From positions 62,001 to 126,000 of the forward strand of contig RSEE01000054.1 in NCBI GenBank assembly GCA_003971905.1: 64,000 bases of DNA, in the 5' to 3' direction. The position numbers and the translations under genes are program-made. This document shows, in pieces, positions 1-11,499 of the stretch. The stretch is from Moniliella sp. 'wahieum'. Lineage: Eukaryota. Numbering within the stretch: the first letter of the stretch is position 1; each line of letters begins with the position of its first letter. Under the pieces are notes generated by a model, which was not told where the DNA came from, did not search any database, and saw nothing but the letters and a program-made list of their open reading frames with translations.

Positions 1-844
1 TTCCGCAACCTTTCAAGATTCTGCATCTACAGGCACGCTGGTCCGGCTCGTTCCATGAAGGTGCATATACACAACCTTGCCACGCTAGCCGATGCCCCAA
101 TATTTGAAAGGCCTCACCTCGTCTCTTGCTCCGCTCGCATCCGCCAATAATAGCGTTCACGTTTTTTGGTAGACCGTGAGTGGACCCTCCTCCTTGATGG
201 GAAAGAACCCCTGAACCGTGGGTTGGGCTCTAGTTCTGGGCCCGATGGATATCCATATTTTCAAGCCCTATCGTGTCCAACTTGCCGGCTAACGTGATGG
301 AGATAACCACAGGCGCCAAAACTTGAACCATCTCGCACGTATTAGCCATCTTGATCTGTGTATTCATGTGTACTGCCCCCTGCCGTCCAGAAACGGAGCC
401 TCTTTTCACCGTCTTTCTCCACCAACTTCAATATGCAGCCTGTTGTCGGCTTCTTTTGCCTGCGCTGAGACTCCGACAACCACATTCACCGCAAAAAAGA
501 CAGAAGGAGTTTACCTCTCCTCCGTATTATCGAGCGCTTCTGTTCTGCTCTGTTGGCGTTGACCAAGTTGACGGTTGCGGGGGAACCCAGTCAGTGAAAA
601 GCACCCGACTATTACATTCCCAGCATCCCACGCACTGCCCGTTTGGAGCCAGTGCCCTTTCTTTGGACACTCCTTTTTTTCTTGTGCTTTGCGAGGGTCG
701 TGATTATGAGCGAACTTGACGTTCTGATATACAAGCAATAAAACACTTCGGAGGAGACCAAGCTTGCCCTCACCGTGGAGGGGCCCGCGTTTGCTCCCAC
801 AGGGGCGCAACTTCTGAGTGTCAACATGCCACCCACGCCGTGCT

Positions 845-1283
845 TGAAGCTTCACTTGATGAGCTTGATGCATGATGAATGGTGGCGGATATATATGGGT
901 CTAGAATCCAGCTGTGGTATAGGGGACAAGTAGGCATGCTCGCAGTGGGTGCAACATGCACATCAACCAATCACATATGGGTGGTGGCAACCGGCGCTGC
1001 ACCAGTGCTGGAGACGCACTTCAACGTTCAACAACTGTACGCGCCACCCAGAAGAACAGAGAGGTGCAGCGCATGCCCTGCGGTCGAGTCGGACCGATCG
1101 GACTGTGGCGTTTGGGCCGATGTGGCAGCTGTGGCAGGCGAATGTGATGCATGATGCATCAGTGTAACAGGTGTCAACACTAGGATCAACGCGCTCAGCC
1201 AGCACACTCAGCCAGCACTCATGTTAACTAGTCACTAGTCACTAGTCACTAGCCAGTCACTTGTCACATGTCACTAGTCACTT
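845..1283. repeat. Cluster of T(C/G)A + 4-bp-palindrome heptamer repeats (AGCT, TGCA, ACGT, CTAG, CATG cores)
   Basis: TGA-AGCT-TCA 845-854; TGATGCATGATG 866-877 and 1145-1156; TCA-ACGT-TCA 1021-1030; (TCACTAG)n 1227-1252; TCA-CTTG-TCA-CATG-TCA-CTAG-TCA 1257-1280. Confidence 0.9.
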
Positions 1284-2184
1284 AGGGGAAGCATGGCTGT
1301 GAGAGCTGCTACCCCGCCGTAGCCGCAGTCTCTCGCCAATGCTGCTGCGCATCGCCAGCTATTGTCTTCTGTTCCCACTGCTTCCAGAGTGGTACAGTGT
1401 CAATTGCATGTCAATATTCAATCGATTCTTTGACTCTTTTTGTGCATATATACCATTGCTTAAGGCGCTTATAAGGCCTAATTACTAACTGTTGCTTTTA
1501 TTATGGCCTGCGCCTGCTTATACAACTCGTGTACGACAGGGACCTAGAGCTAGTAATAGCTGTTGCTCGAGCGATAGGAAATGGTGTGTTGGTTTGGGGA
1601 GCTATTGATGGTGGCTTGGGCTTTTCTGTGCCTGGCTTTCTGAGGCCGGGGGGAAATCGGACAAAAAGGAAGGCAGATTGTGTCACGCGCGCCACTGGAC
1701 AAGAAGTGCTCTCGTTGGGCCACTTGTGTTGTGGCGTAGAAAGGTTTGATGGGCTCTGGACCAATGGTGGCCAGCTTAATGTTGTTTGAGCCGCGTATCG
1801 CAGGCCGTGGCACCGCCGTGGCCGGGGGGGCGCACGTCCTGGTTTTAGATATACTTTCTGAAGCGTTCCTACAGTTCATGCATTTTTGGTCCATTAGTAA
1901 CCATGCCGCCAAAAGCTCACATTGAACTGAGAGATCGATTGGAGAGTTGCCGCCAGGGAGGGCCAAGAAAGTTTTGCACGCGTGATCTAGCCCGAAACGA
2001 ACCCGGTGGGGGGGCAAGGCAGGGCAAGGCGGTGTATAGGATAGAAATAGCGCAGTCTCTACTGCCTCTCCGCCAGTTATTTACCGCCTATGGTATGGTC
2101 CTGCGGCGCTTAATCGTCCCAGACAAGAGGCGTCCGTTCCCTGGTACATACATAGTCATCGATGCGATCATAGATATCGAGTGC

Positions 2185-2923
2185 TGATGCACTGATGCAT
2201 GATACTGAGTACGAGTTCCTGATTACATTGAGTAACTCAGTACTCAGTACTCAAAATCTCAGACTGAATACCGAAGGCTTGAAGCTAGCTTGAGATCTTG
2301 AGAAGAAGCTTGAAGCTAGCTAGCTTGAAGTTCTTCGACGGGTTGAACGTTGAGACGTTGAGGAACGATGCATGATCAATGATCCATGATGCATGATATT
2401 CGTGTAATGCATGATGCATGATACATGATGCATGATGTATGCATGATGCCGCATGCCAGTACATCACATGTCACATGTTACATGTGGGTGTCAGCGCAGC
2501 GCAATCCCGCATGTACCTGAATCACACGCGCCGCACAGGGGATATTCGATAGTCACTAGTCACTAGTCACTAGTCACAAATCAGTAATCGATTAATCGCT
2601 AGTGCCCTAGCGACTGCTGAAGCGCTGAAGCTTGAAGCGCTCAGCCATCACCGGTCACCCGTCACGTGTCACGCCGCCGCTGTCTTCTACCTAAGTTTCT
2701 CCCCTATATTCTGTCTTTTTAGTACGGGCCTCCTCTGAAGATGCCTGAGGCGGCCTGAGGCCTCAGGCCTCATCTGAGGCATGATGGACTTGATGGGCTT
2801 GATGTAATCCCCCCCTAAATTTGGACCGTCGTCATCGAGCGTCATCGCGTCATCTCTCTTTTTAGTAGCTTGATAACCCTACATTTTCCAAGTAAGAAAT
2901 GAGGCCTGACGCGTGACGCCTGA
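2185..2923. repeat. Dense heptamer-palindrome arrays (GTAC, AGCT, ACGT, TGCA, CATG, CTAG, CCGG, GGCC, CGCG cores)
   Basis: TCAGTACTCAGTACTCA from 2237; (TGATGCA)n 2385-2450; (TCACTAG)3 around 2553-2576; TCA-CCGG-TCA 2648-2657; TGA-GGCC-TGA-CGCG-TGA-CGCC-TGA 2900-2923. Confidence 0.9.
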
Positions 2924-3339
2924 AGGGCCGGAGGATCTAAGGCACAAGGCACAGGTCTGAGGGCGAGAGGCCTATAATAGACCTCCACACATTATTCTAA
3001 AAAGTTCAACCACGAGAACATCGACCTGGCATTTGCTGCATCGTAGCCAACTGTGGACGCCATCAGATGGCCTCTAAAAGAGCTGTTCACGAACACGGAG
3101 AGTGAACGAAGTATCCAGTGGAAGCGGTATCGGTTGTGGAGAGAGAAGACAGGAGGAGACGCGAACATAGGAGCACAAAAGGAAAGCGCAGGTGCGCCCC
3201 CCAAACACTGAGACCTACTGCCAGCGTCGCACAGAGCCTGCCTAGGTCAAGCTATCATCAACATATCACCACAGACTATTGCTTTGCTTCTCTTGAGGGT
3301 TTTCATGAATCTCCTTTTGGGTTCCTCTGGTCCCGCGGC

Positions 3340-3680
3340 ATCACATATGAGTCACATCGTGATATCGGTGTGTCAACGTTCAGTACGTTCAAAACGTTCA
3401 ACGTTCAACGTTCAACTCACCTTTTCTCTTCAAGCTTCAAGCTTCAAGAGCTTCAAGCGAGCTTCAGGCAAGCTTCAAGCTTCATCAATCATCGATCAAG
3501 CCTCAAGCTCTCAAGATTCAAGAGCTTCAAGGCGCAACCTCTGAGGACGAGTACTGGAGTTCGAACCTTCGGCTTGAAGAGCTTAAAGCTTGAAGCTTGA
3601 AGCTTGAAGCTTGAAGCTTGAAGAGCTTGACTAAGCTTCAGCCTAAAGAGCTTGAAGAGCTGGAACGTTAGCTTGAACCT
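3340..3680. repeat. (TCAACGT)n, (TCAAGCT)n and oppositely oriented (TGAAGCT)n arrays
   Basis: TTCAACGTTCAACGTTCA near 3397-3414; TCAAGCT units 3430-3530; perfect (TGAAGCT)4+TGA 3591-3621. Confidence 0.92.
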
Positions 3681-3935
3681 TATCGAGCGTCGCTTCTCCG
3701 TCTGTCGCTTCCGTCCAAGTGGCTGACTGTTTTGCAAGGAAGGGCTTCCAAGTGCGCCCCCTCCTCTGTTCGAGCCGTTGGGGCTAAGACTTAGCGCCCT
3801 TAGCGCTATGCTAAGGACAGGGACAGTGCGGGGCTTGAGGCGTGAGGCTGGTGGGGCGGGAGGGCGTGGCCTAGCGTGGAATTGGCGGCGAATTGGCGTG
3901 GCGCGTTGGAGCAGCAGGTTGGAACCTGTTGGAGT

Positions 3936-4540
3936 TGATGCATGATTAATGATTAATGATTAATGAAATTAATGATTCCTGATGCAATGCATGGTACATT
4001 GTGAAGCTTGGCTGAGGCGCTGGGGTTACCGGTTACCGGTGATTCGATCAATGATCTTTGACGTGTGACATAGTGACACGTGGCATGATGCCATGTGTCA
4101 TGCATGTCACCGGTGACCGAGAACCGAGAACGAGAACCGAGAACCGAGAACCGAGGACCGAACGGCAGGGGTCTGCGGCGCGCATTCCACAGTTCCGGCA
4201 CACCCTTCTCTTTGCACGCACGTACACGAGAAGAGACACATTAGTACTTTTACGTACCGGCTGTACCCGTGATTCTTGCACCGGCGACCGGTGACATGAG
4301 TGACAGAGCACCCACGCCTGTTGCCGGCATCATGCATCACACATACATCCAGTCTCAGATCTGATTTCCCACGTGTCACGCGCACGCCCCTATCATCTAC
4401 TGTCACATGTCACCTGTCCCATGTCCATGTCACATGTCACATGTCACATGCAATACACACCAGTACCCAGTACTGAACTCAGTTGAGTTACTCAGACTGT
4501 GTACTAAGTGTTGAATCTCAACACTCAGTTACTCAGTACG
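3936..4540. repeat. Heptamer-palindrome arrays (TGCA, TTAA, CCGG, GATC, CATG cores) plus a non-palindromic (GAGAACC)n heptamer
   Basis: TGA-TGCA-(TGA-TTAA)3-TGA-AATT 3936-3970; GTCACCGGTGAC near 4106-4117; about 6 GAGAACC units 4119-4159; TCA-GATC-TGA 4355-4364; (TCACATG)n 4403-4450. Confidence 0.9.
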
Positions 4541-5669
4541 CGAAGGGCTCTGTACTTGGTACACTTCTGCTTGGCATGACGCATCACCATCAGCATGCAA
4601 TCGGCATGTGCATGATAGTTGCCTCTGCGTCTAGAAAAGACAGCCATTTGCTTTTGGGCGGGGCAGGCCGATGCCTGAAAGTTGTGGCAAAGACCAACAT
4701 GTGCATGTTTGTGATTCCGGGCGCGATCATCGATCCATCGAAGACTGGCTGAAGACGAACAGAACGACAAGAGAGAGATGATGCATGATGCATGATGGTG
4801 CATGCGGAGTATCCCAACAGAGAAGAAGCAAGATACAAAGGAGGAATAATAGCCGTTTGTAAGGAGAGGCATGATCCACTTGAACGCAACTGCTATTGAC
4901 ATGATGTCTGTGTAGTTGCCATGACGTGCCAACCCAGCGAGAACCTGTAAGCTGTGACCCTGTAACATGATGGTGGCAAAACACACATTTCAGAGCAAAG
5001 CAATTTAAAGCGCGTCTCATCTCCAACAACGTCTCGTCTCGATTTCCTTGCTCATCGGGTATATCTCGCCAGTAATCATCATGCATCACGAGTCACTAGC
5101 TTCTTTTAACCTTCTTTCTATCCGGCGGCCCGCCTTCCTTCTTCCCGTCCGGCCTTGGAGCGCGCCTGCATGAGAGCCTATTAGGCATGGTACATACGGC
5201 AATTTTTGGCCACGGATCTTCGCCGAGACAAACTGTGGTGTCCTCTCTCTGAAATCCCATTCCGGCGTCCGGCCTCAATATTCAATGCACGCCAAGAATA
5301 GAGCCTCTGGTTCTGTAGGCGTGCAAGGCCACACCTTTGTATCATCAGCCCCAGCTGCCCCAGCATGTTCAGCCAGACTCAGCCTGTCTATTTATACAAT
5401 AAGCGCCCACACCCGCTCACATGTCACATCCCAAACTACCCCACAGCCACAAAGATACGTGCAACATGTGAGACTAGTGACTAGCGTCATCAACTTAGTG
5501 GCTAGTCCGGCTAGTGACTAGGACTCCGCTCCGCGGGCCTATTAGAAGAGACTTTATCGAATGCTCCCCCAGAGAAAGGGACCCACCAGAGCCACACTAG
5601 AGCCACCCTGGGCCCTACTATCACCACTGGCCGTTCCTGTTCCCAGCACGCAGTACACTCAGGCCTTAG

Positions 5670-6610
5670 GCTACTCACGTACTCAGTACTGAGACTCAGT
5701 ACGCACCGTTATTGAACGATGATCGATGAAGCTAGCGATCGATGAAGTTCACTAGAGTGAAGCTTGAAGTCACTAGTCACTAGTCACTAGTCACTAGGTC
5801 ATCGATAACCGATCATCGAACACTGGTACACACATCTGTAGGTGACCGGTGACTTCCTGCGACGAGCGACCGATCTAATCCATGGATGGAATGCAATCCG
5901 AAGTAGCACATCCTGTACCGTGTGTGAAATGTGACGCGTCACAGCCTGACGAGTGCCGAACAGGGCCGTGTCTTCCCTTCTCACATTCAGAATCTTCACA
6001 CCTGTCGTTCCAAGGGGGGGGAAAGGGGCTGCTAGGATGGCTGCAGTCTCTATCTGCTCTCAGGCATCAGGGAGGCCTCAGGCGCTCAGGCCGGTCAGGC
6101 CTCGGACTCTGTCCTGCCATTTCGCCTTTATAGACTCTTCCCCCCGTCGTTCGCGTTCACGCATCACGCCCATGATGACATGTCACATGTCACATGTCAC
6201 GAGGATATCAAGTGATTGGGACAGCAAGTGTCCGGCCGCCCCTCGGTCCAGAAATCCCCAAAACACACTCCCGAAGAGCTGGGCAGGCAAGTGTCGTGAC
6301 CAAGAGTTAATTCGTTTAGCATTGAATATTGATATCTGAGATTGATCGATCGTCTTGGTGGCTGCTGGCGGAGGTTGGGGTGGGGGCCTGTAAGACTCTG
6401 GGTGTTCACATGTCACACAGTGGGACTGAGTAGTAACTGAATACTGAGTCTTTGTACTGCGAGGTCCACACCAGAGGCGCCTGATGCTCTTAGGCCCACC
6501 AAACAGTGGCGGTGCGGGCCAGCAGCGCTTGCATAATGCTCTGTAAACACGTAACGAGAGTGTGGCGCCCCCTTTGAGGCTGAGCGCGCTGTGAGCGCTG
6601 TGAGCGTTGG
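5670..6610. repeat. Heptamer-palindrome arrays (GTAC, TCGA, AGCT, CTAG, GGCC, CATG, ATAT, GCGC cores)
   Basis: TCAGTACTGA near 5684; TGATCGATGA 5720; TGAAGCTTGAAG then (TCACTAG)4 5758-5797; TGACATG(TCACATG)2TCA 6176-6199; TGAATATTGA near 6323. Confidence 0.88.
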
Positions 6611-7410
6611 ACACCGCTAAAGTGCACCGAGCCCAGAGAAGCACCCTCGGTCCTGAGTCTGAGAATACTGAGCCCTGGCCTGGGTAGTACACCGTAACAG
6701 CATCCCATCCCATACTCTGCCTCTTCGATCGCCACTTCTCAGATCTCAGGGTCTGTGTCGGTTGGTGTGGGCCATGCTGGGCCATGCTAGGCCACGCGTC
6801 GCACATGCATCGGCCGCCTATTGTCACCATGCCACATGTCATGCCACCGTTCAAGACAGGCACTTCCCCAGCCGCAAGAGCATGGGCGCCTTGCCCATGT
6901 CACCGGTCACCACACGCCCCGCCCAGCGCAGCGCTGGCTATATGCCGATCGACTGGTTCGCTGCCCTAGACGCACAGTCCGTGCTTCCACCCACAGCCTC
7001 CACCCTCCATCGACGCTGGCGCCCGCTTCCCTCTGTCCGTCCTCGGTGGCCAGCTTCTCCGCCGTCTCTCCCTTAAGAGCGTAAACACTCGAGGCCAAGT
7101 CGGGCCCGGAAGAGCAACCAGGGCCTCATTGGGAGCAGGGTCCAACGGCCAACCAACATTGAGAGTCTCTCGCCGTCGGAGTTTTCAAAGGGCCTACGCG
7201 CTCGTGGTTTGCGAAGCCGCCGCCAAGTTTTCCGCCCTCTGCTCTCTTGAACACCGATTTGGGGCACTTTCTTTGTTTCCGGCCTCTTCCGCGCCAGTTG
7301 AGCACGTCAACCAACTGGTGAGGCCGCCCCTTCTTCACCTCGCCCATCTCCTCCTCCTTCTCGTTTCCTCAGTCGCCTCGCACGTAACGCGGCGATCCAC
7401 CAACGCCTCC

Positions 7411-10036
7411 ATGGCCCGCCTCCCCATCCTCCTCACGTCTCTCCGCGCGCTCCCAACGAGACACTCGCGACACAGCATGACCTTGAGCGTCCCGACCAGA
7501 GTCGACACGCAAAACCCACCAGCAGTTCATGGCCCCTCAATCGGTTAGGCCTTCTTCCGGGACCTGTGGGACCTGCTTCCGAGCCTACCGCCAACCTACC
7601 ACTACGTTTGCCGCCGCCTCTGTCCCAAACTCTCTCCAGGCCGCTGCACCCCAACTCAGCCTTGCCACAGACGACACCGCTGCAGCACACTTATGTATCC
7701 CCACCCCCTGGCCCCCCTGTCTCGCAATCGCCTCCTATCACCCTCGCTCCTCTCCGGTCTCGTCCGCCTTGGGGCGCCCACTGTCTCGACCGCCTCTTGC
7801 CCCCTCCCTTGAGCCGAACCGAGGTCGATCAGCCACCCAGATTCGACTTCCTCCCCTCCATCACCCACACCCACCTCGACACGACCTCGAAACCGATCCT
7901 AGACTCCCTCCTTCATCCTCCTCCACTCACCATCTGAGCACTGGCTCCGAGTGGACACGCCCAGGCCCGATTAGCTCGGCTCCTGGACAGCACATGTCGG
8001 GACAGGAGGCTGAAGAAACAAGATTCCTCCAACCCCGTTCCTCGGATCGCGCGTGGCCTGCATCAGGCATCTTTCCACTCCACCTCAGCGCTTCCTTCTC
8101 TCTGGCACCCCTCTGGCCGAGCAAGACCGATAGGATCTTCCCCGTATTCGCGGGAAGAGTATCTCTTTCGTACCGAGCACGGTGGAGCCAGTGTTGGGTC
8201 GGAAGTGGCCACCTCGATTCGTGAAGCAGAACCTCGCGGGTTTGATCAAGGTTCTTCATTAGCACGGATCCTCAACCCTTCCGTCGCCCTCCGGGCTCTC
8301 CTGATGATCCCGAAGCCACAATGTCCGGATCGGCCAGCGCTGTGCACCGCGACTCTGGTTCTTCTGCTGTTGCTCTTTCCATTCCCCAAAGTACTGCCAC
8401 CTCATCGGCCTCCGGAGGGGAAAAACGCCGAGCAGGCCGTCGGCGCCAATTAAGTACTTGACAGACCAACCCCTTTCTTCCCAAGGTAAGGAAGCAGCCA
8501 AGTCGAAAGATGTCGAGGTGCGCAAGAAGAGTCAAAAGGGCCTGCGTGTATTGCAAACGAAGCCATATGCCCTGCTCTTCATTGCGCCCGTGCGTGCGAT
8601 GTGTCAAACGAGGGATTGCTCACCTCTGCAAGGACGAACCTTTGTCAAACGAGCCCGCTCGTCTTCCCCCACCGAAAAGCGGATTTGAGCCCAACAGTTT
8701 TTCGCCTCAACCTCGGCAACGGATGAACGTAGGGTCGCCCAACCAGATCCCGGCATACGAGCCAAGCCGGAATCAGAAGAAATGCCAACATTCGCTTCAA
8801 TCATTCCTGCCGCGTCTCTGGTGGAGACAACTGGTATTACACCTCCGCCGAGACGGACTCTAACAGCCAAGAGCCCGATGCGCGCATTGGCAATTCCCAT
8901 TTCGTTGATTACCCGTGTGGGCGCGACCGATCTTGACTTTTTGCCTCAGGATGATGGCGGACAAGGCGAACGGATCTTGAATCGGGCCATTTCGGATGCC
9001 CTGCATGTCTGCGAACTCTTGTCGGGTCAGGATACTGTTCTAATAGAAGCGATGCTTGACAGATCCCTCACCTTGTCACGAGTAAGTGCCATCTCCTTTA
9101 CCCGTCTTTCCTTCTATCCCCTCCATCCACTCTCGTTTCTGAAGGGCTAATCATATGCATCTACAGACAAGAGTACAGCATGCCTATGCAAAAAAATGTT
9201 GCAGCATCACTCTCCTTTGCGTCGCCTACTTCGATATCCCCAAAGTGTTCTGGGAGAGGAAGCACTAACGTTGGTGGCTTTGCATGTGGACTGGGGCGAT
9301 GACTTAGGCCCATGGGGGTACGGTCAGTTGGCCATTTGGCTCAAGCATGAGCTTGAGGACAAGATGCGCCAAGCAGATTCGACCGTGCCTTGGGAACATC
9401 CGTCTTCGATACTTGCGCCTGAGTCTGTCTCTGACGGAGGAACAATTGGAATCAGCGCAGCGATCCTTCCATACCAGCCTGTCCCATTATCGTCTCAATC
9501 TCTTTGACTCGGTACCGCACGCTATGATTATCGTTTCTCGCACCGGTGTCGTCTTGGCTGGCAATCGACGGATGTGTGATTGTCTTCATTTGGCACCTCA
9601 GGCGATTCATCGGGTCAGTTGCTCTACTTTGATCTGGTCGCTCGTCCGGACGTGATGCGCGTGGTGGAGGCATACGCTTCCTCTGTTGTCTCCTTCCGCC
9701 TGGATCAGCTCCGGCCAGGCGACCATGGACTTGGCCTCAGGTGGTTCCTTTACCTTAACTCACGACTTTATCGTGGACCGACTGGCTTACCTCCATGGCA
9801 CCCAAGCCTGGAACCACAAAACCATGGACTATCACCGCGGTGCCAACCACGAACTTGAAGATGGTTCTCCTACCGTTGTGCACTTCCGCGGCCTGGTCAC
9901 CCTCCAACTCGTCGGTGACTGCTCGGGCATTCCCCCTTTGTTGCTGTTTATGTCGTTGTGCTATCTTGAGGCCTTCCCCCTTATACCACTTGCACTTTGG
10001 TATACCGCGCTCCACCCCCAATTTCTTACCCCTTGA
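7411..10036 (+). CDS. Zn(II)2Cys6 transcription factor with C-terminal PAS-like domain, RDS2/AcuM/ERT1 gluconeogenesis-regulator family (frameshifted; start uncertain)
   Basis: CVYCKRSHMPCSSLRPCVRCVKRGIAHLC from about 8543 has the C-x2-C-x6-C-x5-C-x2-C-x8-C pattern typical of Rds2. PAS-like segment PHAMIIVSRTGVVLAGNRRMCDCL at about 9515-9590. GT-AG intron 9081-9166. ATG 7411 is a guess. Confidence 0.75.
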
Positions 10037-11452
10037 GTATTGAGTGCTGGGCTATTCTATATGTATACCACTCCTTCATATGCGTGGCGGCTTTTTGCCA
10101 CCTAATATTACGCGAGATATGTAAGAAAAATGGAGACATACTACGTTGGACGCATGAATAAATGAATGACCTTCAGCGCATCATATTGGCTGCGACCCAG
10201 GCGTGACGCGTGAGCGACGATAGGAGGGAACTGGTGCCTGCCCTGCCCGCCCTTCAACGACGGCAGTTGGCCGTTTCCACATTAGCACGCGCGTGCGTGC
10301 GCCCACCATCGCCCGTAGCGAACCGTTCAATCGGCGATCAAAGCCGATAAATTATTTGTGGGTTCCATTGTTTCCCCCCGCCAGGGAGGAGGGGGACCAT
10401 ATTTTTCAACTATACTAATGAGGAAGAGCTGGGTCATCGCATCGACCGTCGGAGCCTGGAGAGGCGAGGGAGTGGCCGCCAGTCCGTGGGAAGATACGCG
10501 TCCTTTTCCCTTGCCAACTGCTTCGCCATCTGAGCTTGTCGGCCTCGGATTGGGTCTGTTGGACCTGGGCCACATCCGTCGCTTGGTCTCGGTGGCAATC
10601 AGCGCATCACACAACCTTTGGTCCGAGACGGGCTTACTTGTACCCCACTGGAGTGCCGGGCAAAAGTGCCATGCAGTTGGGATTTTGGCTGTTGACTCAT
10701 TTGTATGTGAGCGTCGAGGGGCGATGGAGGGTGAGTCACACTGATCAGACGCACCATCTCTCAATCGACTTCTATATCCGATAACCCCTACTATATAGGA
10801 GCGGGGCAACCCCCTGGTTGCCACATGTGTATGCGCACAGATTCCCGCTAGAGCACTCAATCAAAACAGTACCGCGTGAATTAATCCATCGAAAGTCCAG
10901 AGCGTTGCATTTCGGGCCTGTTGCAACCTGCTGCACCTCTGGCGTGTTGAGCGTGTGCCCCGTAAATTATGGGTTCCCTGCGGCCGTTCGAGAGGAAGCG
11001 GGTGAAGGGATTTTTGGTCCGTGGCGAGCCCAAACTCTCTCAAGCATTCTGGGATCTTACGGATTCACATTCCAGCTCTGATGGCTCTGATTATTAGTGA
11101 TTCAGACAGGAAGCTTCCAGCATATATTGATGTGTGCCTCCTCCCCCCCCGCAAGCACCTCTCAAGGGCCGTATTTTTGCTAAAACCATGGATGTCTTCG
11201 GGAGCTGTCGCGTCGTGGACTTGACACTAACACTTTCGCCTAGTGTCGTTAGCAAGACGATATCGGCAGTAAGGGATTATTGAGTGGAGCAAATGGATGG
11301 GAGGGGGGGGGCTACGTCACAGGAGGGAACGGAGGTCAGGAAGCGGAGGCCGCGCGCACGCGCGGGCTGCCCTCTGCCCCAGTGCCCTGGGGCGCACCGC
11401 GGCAGCCTGGGCAAGCTGTATATCTATGTCAGTACGTGAAAGCGTGAACGCA

Positions 11453-11463
11453 TTAGGGTTAGG
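11453..11463 (+). promoter_or_regulatory. Telobox-like TTAGGGTTAGG upstream of NOP2
   Basis: Nearly two TTAGGG telomeric units directly 5' of the NOP2 coding region; regulatory role inferred. Confidence 0.35.
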
Positions 11464-11499
11464 CGAAGGGTAAAGTTTCCGTGCCCGGAAAAAAGGTTA

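Noticed and set aside
1..840. Possible minus-strand gene running off the window start
   Set aside because: No recognisable motif and no consistent reading frame.
1500..2190. Possible hAT-transposase relic on the minus strand (IKPFYATT, LDIYDRIDDY)
   Set aside because: Only vague short resemblance, with stops and no TIR or TSD; not supportable without a search.
845..6910. CRISPR array or synthetic polylinker reading of the palindromic repeats (many 6-cutter sites such as AAGCTT, ACTAGT, ATGCAT)
   Set aside because: No constant 23-50 bp repeat with regular spacers and no cas genes. The sites are degenerate, dispersed over 60 kb and restricted to the A-NNNN-T class, unlike vector sequence.
10327..11250. 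Short ORFs on both strands between the Zn2Cys6 gene and NOP2
   Set aside because: No family motif; frequent stops; could be a decayed CDS but unsupported.
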